IMG/VR virus record: IMGVR_UViG_3300005947_000002
Location: 1-31,765 of that record
From: a virus
Reading direction: 5' to 3' (one strand)
Length of the DNA: 31,765 nucleotides
A model generated the notes under the pieces. It was given only the letters and a program-made list of their open reading frames with translations, ran no database searches and was not told where the DNA came from. Shown here one piece after another: positions 15,812 through 22,495 of this stretch (its first letter is position 1; every line of letters starts with the position of its first letter). The position numbers and the translations under genes are program-made.

Positions 15812-16578
15812 GACGCTACCCCCTGGACCAGCTGCCGGATGAACTCCACGCCCTTCTGGTAGACAACGGTCTTGAAGTACAGGTGCTGGTTTCCGTCCGG
15901 ATCTGTCCAGGACGTCTCGATGACCCGGAAGTACCCGGCGTCGACATAGCGCTGGTACGGGCGATTGTTGTCCTGGAGAATCGACTTCTTCCGGAGCAAG
16001 TCGAATAGGTTCGTCCTTCCCAGTCCAGGAACGGCCAGCGTCTTGGCGACCGTGCCGATGTCCGTGGTGTCGGAGCTCGAGGCTACGGTGTCGAAGAAGG
16101 CGACCTTCGGGGCCTCGAGCGCCAGCTGCTGCGTCTGTTGTTCGATCTGCTCTGCCTGCTTGGCTGCCAGGTATAACGCCTGGCTGAACGTCGTCGGGAC
16201 GGGCGCGATTGCCACAGAGTTGCTGGGTACAGACGGGATGGTGTAGGTGCCGGTGTGCTGAAGCGATGGCAGGACCGTACCCGCGATCCATTCACGGAGC
16301 GTGAAGGCCTTCTGCTTCCGGGAACGGACAATGAGCTTGAAGATCCCCGTGTCGGAGACGGCTGTCATATTCTGACGGCCGCCAGGGGTAGACATTGAAA
16401 GTGCTCCCTTTTCGTCGTCGTTCAGGCGCGCGACCTGTGTCTTCCAGTGAGGAATGCCAAGGACCTGCGCAACGTCCTGGGCGACGAACCAGATCTTGCC
16501 CTCGATGACCGACGTCCGCACCGGCTCCTTGCCGGCATACTGAAACGTCGTGATGCTGCTTTCAACTGTTGTTTCCAT
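15808..16578 (-). CDS. Antirepressor-type protein, Bro-N domain plus KilA-C domain (256 aa)
   Basis: N-terminal FQYAGKEPVRTSVIEGKIWFVAQDVAQVLG...FKLIVRSRKQKAFTLREWI (Bro-N) and C-terminal TVAKTLAV..LGRTNLFDLLRKKSIL...PYQRYVDAGYF (KilAC). Preceded by element copy C. Confidence 0.8.
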   Translation of the reverse strand: METTVESSITTFQYAGKEPVRTSVIEGKIWFVAQDVAQVLGIPHWKTQVARLNDDEKGALSMSTPGGRQNMTAVSDTGIFKLIVRSRKQKAFTLREWIAGTVLPSLQHTGTYTIPSVPSNSVAIAPVPTTFSQALYLAAKQAEQIEQQTQQLALEAPKVAFFDTVASSSDTTDIGTVAKTLAVPGLGRTNLFDLLRKKSILQDNNRPYQRYVDAGYFRVIETSWTDPDGNQHLYFKTVVYQKGVEFIRQLVQGVAS

Positions 16579-16580
16579 TG

Positions 16581-16601
16581 CGATCCTCCTAGATCGATTG
16601 T
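16581..16601 (-). promoter_or_regulatory. Start-associated element, copy C (minus strand ACAATCGATCTAGGAGGATCG)
   Basis: Ends 2 nt before the ATG at 16578. Lies in a 33-nt gap after the DnaC-like stop. Confidence 0.7.
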
Positions 16602-16611
16602 GACTACTGTT

Positions 16612-17313
16612 CTAACGCATAGATGGGCCTGTGTAGGTAATCCACTCGCATTGTGCCCGCCACCGGTCGGCGATACAGGCCAGTTCGCCGCCTTTGTACC
16701 CAGGCACGACAATTGTTTGTCCGTTCTCACCCTTGACCTCGCGCGTATCCCAGCCATCAGGTGGCACGTTGCTCGTTATGAAGACCGGACGCCTCTTCTG
16801 ATACCGGCTGTTTGCGATTTCATAGAAGGCTGCCACGGCCGCTTTGCCCCCAGCCTCATGCCCGAGATCGTCCAGGACCAGGACCTTCGCCGCCTTGGCA
16901 TCCCGGACAACGGCGCGCGCCTCTTCGCCCTGCTTGCCATAGATACAGTCCAGGACGCTGAACAGGTGTGGTGCGGTCCAGATTGAGAGGGCATGTTCAG
17001 GGAGAGGTAGATCGCCTTTTTCCAGCAGGTCCTGCCAGCAGCGCCACTTGAGGAACTCGAGCGCGCAGTGGACGGCAGACGTCGTCTTTCCGGTACCCTT
17101 CGGCCCCATGAACACGATGCCCGTTTTCTGCACGGTAGCGAACTGCAACGCCGCCTCGAGCTGAGAACGCGCGCGGCATAACCGTGGATCCCAGATGAGA
17201 CACTCATTTCCGAAGTCGTCACTCAGCCGGATGCCGCGGACGATATACGACATCCACTGGGCGAACCGTTCGCGGTACAGCCCGATCATCTCTTCCGAAA
17301 ATGTCCCAGCCAT
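16612..17313 (-). CDS. DnaC/IstB-like AAA+ helicase loader (233 aa)
   Basis: Walker A GPKGTGKTT and Walker B VLVLDDLG. TGATG junction with the initiator gene. Confidence 0.8.
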   Translation of the reverse strand: MAGTFSEEMIGLYRERFAQWMSYIVRGIRLSDDFGNECLIWDPRLCRARSQLEAALQFATVQKTGIVFMGPKGTGKTTSAVHCALEFLKWRCWQDLLEKGDLPLPEHALSIWTAPHLFSVLDCIYGKQGEEARAVVRDAKAAKVLVLDDLGHEAGGKAAVAAFYEIANSRYQKRRPVFITSNVPPDGWDTREVKGENGQTIVVPGYKGGELACIADRWRAQCEWITYTGPSMR

Positions 17314-17882
17314 CAGCGTTCCTCATCCTTGTCCGGGTTGAAGGTTTCTTGATGGTACCGGTCCTTGTGCGGGTCATAGGTGCCGGAAGAGATACCAGCC
17401 CAGGTCTTGTCCTCGAGGGTCTGTGGCTTGGTTTGGTCTTGGGTTTTGGAACCATTTAAGGAAGGCCCTCTTGTTGTTGTAGTACCTATTGTTATTGTAG
17501 GTACCGATTTCGGTAACGGTTTCGTTACGGATTTCGGTAACGTTACGGATTTCGGTAACTCCTGCCACTCTCCATAATGCTTGTTAAATTCATACCTGCA
17601 AAGACGAGTGTTACCGATTTCGGTAAAGGTTTTGATGATGATGTTCCGTTCTGCCAGGCGCTTGAGCGTGTTGGCGACATGCGTTTTGTCAATTCCGGTC
17701 CCGTCGACGAACTGTGCCAGACTGATCAGGTCAGATTTTTTGCTCCACCCGTAGGTCTTGCGGAGAAGGAAATGCAAAACGCGCCCCTCGTACCCGCTAA
17801 GCTGGGTGCGTGCAAGCGCGTCCATAATTGGATTGGCAACCGGCGTATAGCCGTCAGTGAGCTGTGGGTTGACCTTGCTCAT
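17313..17882 (-). CDS. Replication initiator, phage O-like N-terminal winged-helix domain (189 aa)
   Basis: GYTPVANPIMDALARTQLSGYEGRVLHFLLRKTYGWSKKSDLISLAQFVDGTGIDKTHVANTLKRLAERNII fits the phage replication protein O N-terminal pattern. The iterons encode its repeated LPKSVT peptide. Confidence 0.75.
   Translation of the reverse strand: MSKVNPQLTDGYTPVANPIMDALARTQLSGYEGRVLHFLLRKTYGWSKKSDLISLAQFVDGTGIDKTHVANTLKRLAERNIIIKTFTEIGNTRLCRYEFNKHYGEWQELPKSVTLPKSVTKPLPKSVPTITIGTTTTRGPSLNGSKTQDQTKPQTLEDKTWAGISSGTYDPHKDRYHQETFNPDKDEER
17501..17626. repeat. Four 16-bp palindromic iterons, TTAC(C/G)GATTTCGGTAA, inside the initiator gene (putative origin)
   Basis: Copies at 17501-17516 (first base g), 17525-17540, 17543-17558 and 17611-17626. 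Each is TTACCGA-tt-TCGGTAA. AT-rich ttgttgttgtagtacctattgttattgtag adjoins at 17471-17500. Confidence 0.75.
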
Positions 17883-17933
17883 GACGTTAGCTGTCGGAGG
17901 GATGCTGCTGAGGTAGTGCTGTCTCGATGCATG

Positions 17934-18101
17934 TCATCGTCGCGATCCCTTTCCACTGTCCAAATGTAAAGAAGAGGGACGGGGCCGGGATCGTGGAAGC
18001 GGCGGCAGGTTCTCCTGCCTCAGAACGGTAGCTGACCGTCTGCCGCATCCCTCTATGACCATCGTACAGGAATTCGAAACTGTGTCAATACCCTTCGTCA
18101 T
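17934..18101 (-). CDS. Possible small ORF (55 aa) behind a degenerate start-associated element
   Basis: ATG at 18101 follows GCGATCTGGGAGGATATT. GC3 is only about 50 percent and the C-terminal half is Arg/Pro/Ser-rich, so the region may be non-coding. Confidence 0.25.
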   Translation of the reverse strand: MTKGIDTVSNSCTMVIEGCGRRSATVLRQENLPPLPRSRPRPSSLHLDSGKGSRR

Positions 18102-18102
18102 A

Positions 18103-18165
18103 ATATCCTCCCAGATCGCATAAAGAGCCATATATGCCAGGGCGCCAACCGATCTAGGAGGATCA
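18103..18165. promoter_or_regulatory. Inverted pair of start-associated elements (about 14-bp arms, one mismatch, about 30-nt spacer) upstream of the replication genes
   Basis: 18105-18118 atcctcccagatcg faces 18150-18163 cgatctaggaggat. The right-hand copy points away from all genes and has no start codon after it. It is bracketed by GCCAGGG (18137-18143) and CCCTGGC (18180-18186). Confidence 0.6.
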
Positions 18166-18192
18166 ACTAAGGTATAACACCCTGGCGGATTC

Positions 18193-18220
18193 ACCTTAGA
18201 CAACACCGGCATTTTGTCAA
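18193..18220 (-). promoter_or_regulatory. Candidate sigma70-type promoter, TTGACA-16 nt-TAAGGT, reading into the replication module
   Basis: Perfect -35 hexamer (plus-strand tgtcaa, 18215-18220) and a weak -10 (18193-18198). The host sigma specificity is unknown. Confidence 0.3.
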
Positions 18221-18402
18221 GCATCTGCCTGTTCACGGATCAGCACTGGGCGCTGGCAGTATCTGCGGTACAACTGCCACAGCTCTTCCGTCTCCTGGAC
18301 GCGCCCGCTGCGACGAGCTGCCGGGGCACGCTGCCTGATAACCGCTTCGAGTGCTGCAGGCGACCGCCACATGCGGCCGAGTTCAGCGTATGTAATCAAC
18401 AT
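18217..18402 (-). CDS. Hypothetical protein (61 aa)
   Basis: AGGTGA lies 4 nt upstream of the ATG. Hand-counted GC3 is about 66 percent. Confidence 0.5.
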   Translation of the reverse strand: MLITYAELGRMWRSPAALEAVIRQRAPAARRSGRVQETEELWQLYRRYCQRPVLIREQADA

Positions 18403-18406
18403 ATCA

Positions 18407-19168
18407 TCACCTGGCTACTCCCATACCAAACCGCTCTTCGGGGGTGTGGGCGCCTTTTGAGCTGTTGCAATGACCGCACGCTGGTACCACGTTGTCCTTC
18501 GAGTGCTTGCCACCCTTGGATAGCGGGCGCACATGGTCAAGGGTCAGGCGCTCCGTTTTCTTGCCACAATATGCACAGTGGCCATTGTACAGGGCGAGTA
18601 CGTCATGCCATTGAGCCAGCGTGAGCAGTTCGTCGGTCGGGGTGTTGGCGTACTTGAGAGAGCGGCGCTTAGCCTTATTCAAAGCGCAGGCCTCTAGGTT
18701 CGCTTTCTGCCATTTAGCGAACCCCTCGCTGCATTTCTCTGGGTTGGCTTTGCGGTATTTACTGGCATACTCGAGGTGTTTCTTCAGGTGCGCTTTATAG
18801 TAGTTAGCGGCTTTCTCCCGGTTGGCTTTATACCGTTTAGCGTCATATTCGCGGCGTTTCTCTAGATTCGCTTTCCGCCATTTAGCGTGTTGCTCGCGGA
18901 CTTTCTCTGGGTTGGCCTTACGATATCGGGCAGATTTCTGTTTCCTTTTTTCTGGGTTCGCTTTGCGCCATGCGGCACCAGACAAACGGTGTTGCTCGCG
19001 GACTTTCTCTGGGTTGGCTTTCTGCCATGCGACAACCTGCTCGCGCTTAGCATCATATGCGCATTCCTTGCAGTATTTCGAATTGCCGGTTGTCGGCTGG
19101 TATTCCTTCCCGCACTTCTGACAGGCATTCGTTTTGTAGGTCATGGCACGCCGGACACTTGAGGTCAT
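18407..19168 (-). CDS. HNH endonuclease with an N-terminal zinc ribbon and repeated (W/Y)xKANPEK motifs (253 aa)
   Basis: C-terminal CAYCG...LTLDHVRPLSKGG.HSKDNVVPACGHCNSSKG is the HNH motif. CQKCG...CKEC lies at the N-terminus. A 30-nt exact repeat occurs at 18887-18916 and 18989-19018. Confidence 0.85.
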   Translation of the reverse strand: MTSSVRRAMTYKTNACQKCGKEYQPTTGNSKYCKECAYDAKREQVVAWQKANPEKVREQHRLSGAAWRKANPEKRKQKSARYRKANPEKVREQHAKWRKANLEKRREYDAKRYKANREKAANYYKAHLKKHLEYASKYRKANPEKCSEGFAKWQKANLEACALNKAKRRSLKYANTPTDELLTLAQWHDVLALYNGHCAYCGKKTERLTLDHVRPLSKGGKHSKDNVVPACGHCNSSKGAHTPEERFGMGVAR

Positions 19169-19172
19169 GGCG

Positions 19173-19403
19173 TCACCGTGTCCCGGTAGCCACCTGGTCC
19201 GATGGCGTTGTGGTCCGGTGGCCAGTGGGCGCGATGGTCAACCGTTCACGGTCGCGCAAGCACATATCATAGAGCCCTCTCAGGTCACCAATGTCGTCGA
19301 GCAGGACCTTGTTCTCACGGCGCAGGCGGGCGACCTCCACGCCCGCCGCCATGATCTGCGCCTCTTCGAGACGTGACAGGATCCTATGCCCGAACCAGCG
19401 CAC
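19173..19403 (-). CDS. Hypothetical coiled-coil protein (76 aa; start uncertain)
   Basis: High GC3. GTG at 19403 lies after AGGTG. An internal ATG (residue 18) is an alternative start. Confidence 0.5.
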   Translation of the reverse strand: MRWFGHRILSRLEEAQIMAAGVEVARLRRENKVLLDDIGDLRGLYDMCLRDRERLTIAPTGHRTTTPSDQVATGTR

Positions 19404-19575
19404 GGGACACCTGGTGGGTCACCATATCGGCCAGCTGCTGAGCCTGGTCAAGAGTAAGGTCTACGATGAAGGCGTTCGTTGAGATCTTGTACGGTCCCCA
19501 GGCACACCCGCGCACGTCCTGGACCGGCAGTTCGCCTACCTTGATTCCGGCCACATGCAATGCGAGGATCTTCAT
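19384..19575 (-). CDS. Hypothetical protein (63 aa)
   Basis: ATGA overlap at 19572-19575 sets the start at MKILALHVAG. I rejected the track extension. Confidence 0.55.
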   Translation of the reverse strand: MKILALHVAGIKVGELPVQDVRGCAWGPYKISTNAFIVDLTLDQAQQLADMVTHQVSRALVRA

Positions 19576-20633
19576 TCGAACCTCTTCCCGAACTCCTGGG
19601 GGTCCGCGGGGGCATATCCGTCCTGCAGCTGCCGGATGAGACATGCCGCGTAGTCGGCGTCGATGGTCAGCACCTTCCCGTCGATGGTCACAGTCGGCGG
19701 GTCTGCATGGACATTGATACTCTGGATGCTCAGTTGCGCGAAGTCCTCGGTCGTCTTGCCGGCTGCGAGCCCTTCGATCGCCGCCAGCTGGTCACGTTGC
19801 ACCGGAGCTCCTAGAGTCTTGGGTGTTTCTTTGGGAAGTTCCTCACCAATGCCATCAACGACGTCCTCGAGTTCGTCCGGCCTGCTCTCGTCCGGTTCCG
19901 GCACGGCCACAGTCCCGCCATCTTCGCCAGCCTTCAACGCAGGCGCCAGGGACGTGGGCAGCTTCGCCAGATCTGCGATCGTCCCCTCATACGCCAGGTG
20001 CATGTAGCGGATCCGCTTCTTGACCGACCCCTTGACCGGATCCTGACGGTCGACTTCCCGTTCCATGAGGCTCAGCTTCAGGGGCACGAAGGCCAGACGC
20101 CCGTTGAGAGCCGCCTTCACGACACCGATGTCATTGAGCAGCTCGCGCAGTCCATTCCAGCTGTGGCTATCGATCTGGTACGTCCCGATGCCGGGTACGT
20201 TCAGCACGTTGACCATGAGGTTCAGCGTCGGCGCGCAGCCCTTGGGCTTCACTTCGCCGTTGCCGTCAATGTACTGATTGAACTTGCAGAGCTTCGGCCC
20301 TGGGCATTCGAGCTCGATGCGTGTGCCGGTCTTGAGGTCCAGGCGCTTCGCCATCAGACCGTCACCCTTGCACAAAGGAGCGATCGTGGACGTGCCGTAC
20401 AGCTTGTAGAAATGCGGCAGGATCACGTCCACGTCGTTGCTGAGGAACATGACAGAGAGTTCCTTCGGCTGCTCGCCGTAGACCGCCCTGACCTCGTCCG
20501 GACAGACGAAGTAATCGGTCGCCTGCGGATAACCCTTCTTGTCTTTGACGTCGCGAAACTTCCGGACGCCCAAGTGTATTTTCCCAAGACGGGGCATATA
20601 GCGCTGCCCGTCTGTAATCCCTGTGATTGGCAT
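19572..20633 (-). CDS. Conserved phage early protein of unknown function (353 aa; replication/recombination-module context)
   Basis: MPRLGKIHLGVRK....GYPQATDYFVCPDEVRAVYGEQPKELSVMF...LCKGDG... resembles a widespread phage family that I cannot name. Preceded by element copy B. Confidence 0.7.
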   Translation of the reverse strand: MPITGITDGQRYMPRLGKIHLGVRKFRDVKDKKGYPQATDYFVCPDEVRAVYGEQPKELSVMFLSNDVDVILPHFYKLYGTSTIAPLCKGDGLMAKRLDLKTGTRIELECPGPKLCKFNQYIDGNGEVKPKGCAPTLNLMVNVLNVPGIGTYQIDSHSWNGLRELLNDIGVVKAALNGRLAFVPLKLSLMEREVDRQDPVKGSVKKRIRYMHLAYEGTIADLAKLPTSLAPALKAGEDGGTVAVPEPDESRPDELEDVVDGIGEELPKETPKTLGAPVQRDQLAAIEGLAAGKTTEDFAQLSIQSINVHADPPTVTIDGKVLTIDADYAACLIRQLQDGYAPADPQEFGKRFE

Positions 20634-20634
20634 A

Positions 20635-20655
20635 CGATCCTCCTAGATCGATTGT
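20635..20655 (-). promoter_or_regulatory. Start-associated element, copy B (minus strand ACAATCGATCTAGGAGGATCG)
   Basis: Ends 1-2 nt before the ATG at 20633. Lies in a 44-nt gap after the HTH gene stop. Confidence 0.7.
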
Positions 20656-20663
20656 TGGTGGTG

Positions 20664-21275
20664 CTACTTCTTCGCTGTTACTGTGTCAGCTGTTCCAAGG
20701 TCAGTCCCGTGAGCTTCTTCAGCTTCATCGCATTGGTCAGGTTCGGGCGCGACATTCCGCCCGCCCACGACCAGGCTGTCTGATAACTCACCCCCATGTT
20801 CCTGGCCAGCCAGGCCGTCGACTTGTGCTGCTTCTGCAACCACAGTGCCAACGGTCTCAATTCCTGCTTCTGTTCCATTCTGCTCCTTTCCCGGCTCATC
20901 GTGCCGGACGACCTCACTCAGATACTGCGCCCATGCGCCGCCCCTCGTTCCACTTCCTGCGCCGTGCTGGCCGCGTCGGTCGATCATGTGAAAAAGTCCG
21001 TCGAAGCGTGAACGCCGGCAGCGCAGTGTTTGGTCACGCGGCTTGCCTTCCTTCCAGTCGTCGCCCGTCAATACAAGATCGACCGCGCGGTAGTAGTTCT
21101 GATGCTTCACTTCACCCATGTGGTAGAACAGGACGGTGATCGGTTCAGCCGAGTGCGCCGTCACTCCCACGACGTAGCCAAATTCTCCATCCTCGCTGGA
21201 CCCGTCGACGATCTTCACTTCCTGGTGCAGGTACCGACTTCGCAACTCCATGATGTCTTCGCGTTCGTCTTCCAT
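20664..21275 (-). CDS. First early ORF (203 codons open); credible coding is about 20880-21275, and the rest overlaps the HTH gene
   Basis: ATG at 21275 lies directly behind element copy A. The N-terminal 130 residues look protein-like. There is no in-frame stop until 20664, and the frame loses its GC3 bias after about 20880. Confidence 0.45.
   Translation of the reverse strand: MEDEREDIMELRSRYLHQEVKIVDGSSEDGEFGYVVGVTAHSAEPITVLFYHMGEVKHQNYYRAVDLVLTGDDWKEGKPRDQTLRCRRSRFDGLFHMIDRRGQHGAGSGTRGGAWAQYLSEVVRHDEPGKEQNGTEAGIETVGTVVAEAAQVDGLAGQEHGGELSDSLVVGGRNVAPEPDQCDEAEEAHGTDLGTADTVTAKK
20678..20878 (-). CDS. Cro/YdaS-like helix-turn-helix regulator (66 aa)
   Basis: ATG at 20878 lies 4 nt after AAGGAG. 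KSTAWLARNMGVSYQTAWSWAGG is an HTH. GC3 is about 85 percent in this frame versus about 45 percent in the overlapping 203-aa frame (hand count on 20701-20760). Confidence 0.7.
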   Translation of the reverse strand: MEQKQELRPLALWLQKQHKSTAWLARNMGVSYQTAWSWAGGMSRPNLTNAMKLKKLTGLTLEQLTQ

Positions 21276-21276
21276 A

Positions 21277-21297
21277 CGATCCTCCTAGATCGGTTGT
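21277..21297 (-). promoter_or_regulatory. Start-associated element, copy A (minus strand ACAACCGATCTAGGAGGATCG)
   Basis: Ends 1-2 nt before the ATG at 21275, at the head of the leftward early operon. Confidence 0.7.
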
Positions 21298-21319
21298 GCT
21301 GATGCTATATTATCTGCTG

Positions 21320-21348
21320 TTGATAACACATCATGAAAGAATAGTGAA
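21320..21348 (-). promoter_or_regulatory. Candidate leftward early promoter, TTCACT-17 nt-TATCAA
   Basis: Best sigma70-like hexamer pair in the AT-rich part of the divergent intergenic region. Each hexamer matches only 4 of 6 positions. Confidence 0.25.
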
Positions 21349-21416
21349 GACTATCACGCCACCAGGGAGAACATCGCCCGTCCTGATGCCTGCAGACATA
21401 GTAGCGGCCACATTGC

Positions 21417-21482
21417 CCCCCTGGCGCGATGGTCAGTACGCCCACGGGCGCGTTGTCCCCCTGGCGCTTGCGCCATCGCGCC
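21417..21482. promoter_or_regulatory. Operator/centromere-like repeats in the divergent region upstream of the RHH-parA operon
   Basis: Direct repeat CCCCCTGGCGC at 21417-21427 and 21457-21467 (40-nt period). Perfect 10-bp inverted repeat GGCGCGATGG / CCATCGCGCC at 21423-21432 and 21473-21482. Palindrome GGCGC-tt-GCGCC at 21463-21474. Confidence 0.5.
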
Positions 21483-21528
21483 AACTGTGATACACTTGCA
21501 GCCGGTCTAGGAGACATAGGAGGTACAT

Positions 21529-21744
21529 ATGGCTTCTGGATTCTGCAGCAGGACGTATCACATCGCCGACCCGCGTGTCATTGAACTCATCCGGACCGTC
21601 GCCCACATCGAACACCGTACCGAATCCGCTATCCTCGCTGACGCTGTCGAGTATCGCTACGGCCCGAACTCGCCGGTCGTCGAACCAGAGGAAGAGCTGC
21701 CGCTGCACTTCGTCACGGAGGGCGATGGAGACGATGCCCGCTAA
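21529..21744 (+). CDS. Ribbon-helix-helix (Arc/CopG-like) DNA-binding protein (71 aa)
   Basis: TAGGAGG lies 5 nt upstream. RTYHIADPRVIELIRTVAHIEHRTESAILADAVEYRY fits a beta-strand plus two helices, followed by an acidic tail. Confidence 0.65.
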   Translation: MASGFCSRTYHIADPRVIELIRTVAHIEHRTESAILADAVEYRYGPNSPVVEPEEELPLHFVTEGDGDDAR

Positions 21745-22495
21745 GGTGATCGCCGTCGCCAATCAGAAGGGCGGCGTTGGTAAGACCACAATCGCCTTCC
21801 ACCTGGCGCATTACCTGACCCGGCGAGGACGCGTCCTGGTCATCGACCTGGACCCGCAGGGTAGTCTGACCAGCTCCTTCGTGCCGCCCGCCGATGTGCC
21901 GGACAAGAACAGTATCATGCTGGCCTTTGGTGACGAGATCCCGACGCCCGCCGAAGTCGGCCAGAACCTCGACCTGCTGGGCGCGAACATCAGTCTCAGC
22001 AAACGTGAGGCCATGAAAGACAAGGACGACGACGTGCTGGCTTCGGTCCGCTGGGTCCTGAGCGAGGTCACGACACCCTATGCAGCTGTCGTCATCGACG
22101 TGCCCCCGACACTCGGTCAACTCTTCCGGGCTGCAATGCTGGCAGCCGACGTCCTGGTTATCCCCATTCTGCCGGACGAGTACCTGGACATGGCCATCGA
22201 CGGCATGGCACAGAGCATTGCGGCCATGCGCATCAAGTGGAACCCCAAACTCTCGGTGGCCGGCATCGTCCTGAACCAGGTCCGGTACAACGTCGTCGAT
22301 GATCGTGAGACGATCGTGCGCGTGCGAGACAAGTACAAGGAGGCGGTGTTTGCCAGCGAACTGCCCCTGGCCAACGCGATCCGTGGTGCAATGCGGCGGC
22401 ACATGCCAGTGTGGAACTGGCAGGCGAAGTCCAAGGCAGCAGACGCATACTTGAGCCTCATGGCCGAGATCGAAGGGAGGGTGTGGCATGACTAA
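21725..22495 (+). CDS. parA: ParA/Soj-family partition ATPase (about 254-257 aa; start at 21725 or 21734)
   Basis: Deviant Walker A: KVIAVANQKGGVGKTT. Also VLVIDLDPQGS and VVIDVPP motifs. The upstream part of the track ORF (from 21575) overlaps the RHH gene and was rejected. Confidence 0.85.
   Translation: METMPAKVIAVANQKGGVGKTTIAFHLAHYLTRRGRVLVIDLDPQGSLTSSFVPPADVPDKNSIMLAFGDEIPTPAEVGQNLDLLGANISLSKREAMKDKDDDVLASVRWVLSEVTTPYAAVVIDVPPTLGQLFRAAMLAADVLVIPILPDEYLDMAIDGMAQSIAAMRIKWNPKLSVAGIVLNQVRYNVVDDRETIVRVRDKYKEAVFASELPLANAIRGAMRRHMPVWNWQAKSKAADAYLSLMAEIEGRVWHD

Noticed and set aside
19228-19240. 13-nt match ggcgcgatggtca, shared between 19228-19240 and 21423-21435
   Set aside because: Several chance 13-mer matches are expected in a 31.7-kb genome when both strands are considered. 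The flanks do not extend the match.
21305-21762. Minus-strand ORFs 21305-21517 and 21433-21762 in the divergent control region
   Set aside because: They span the intergenic repeats and run antisense to the RHH gene. They have no SD and poor composition.
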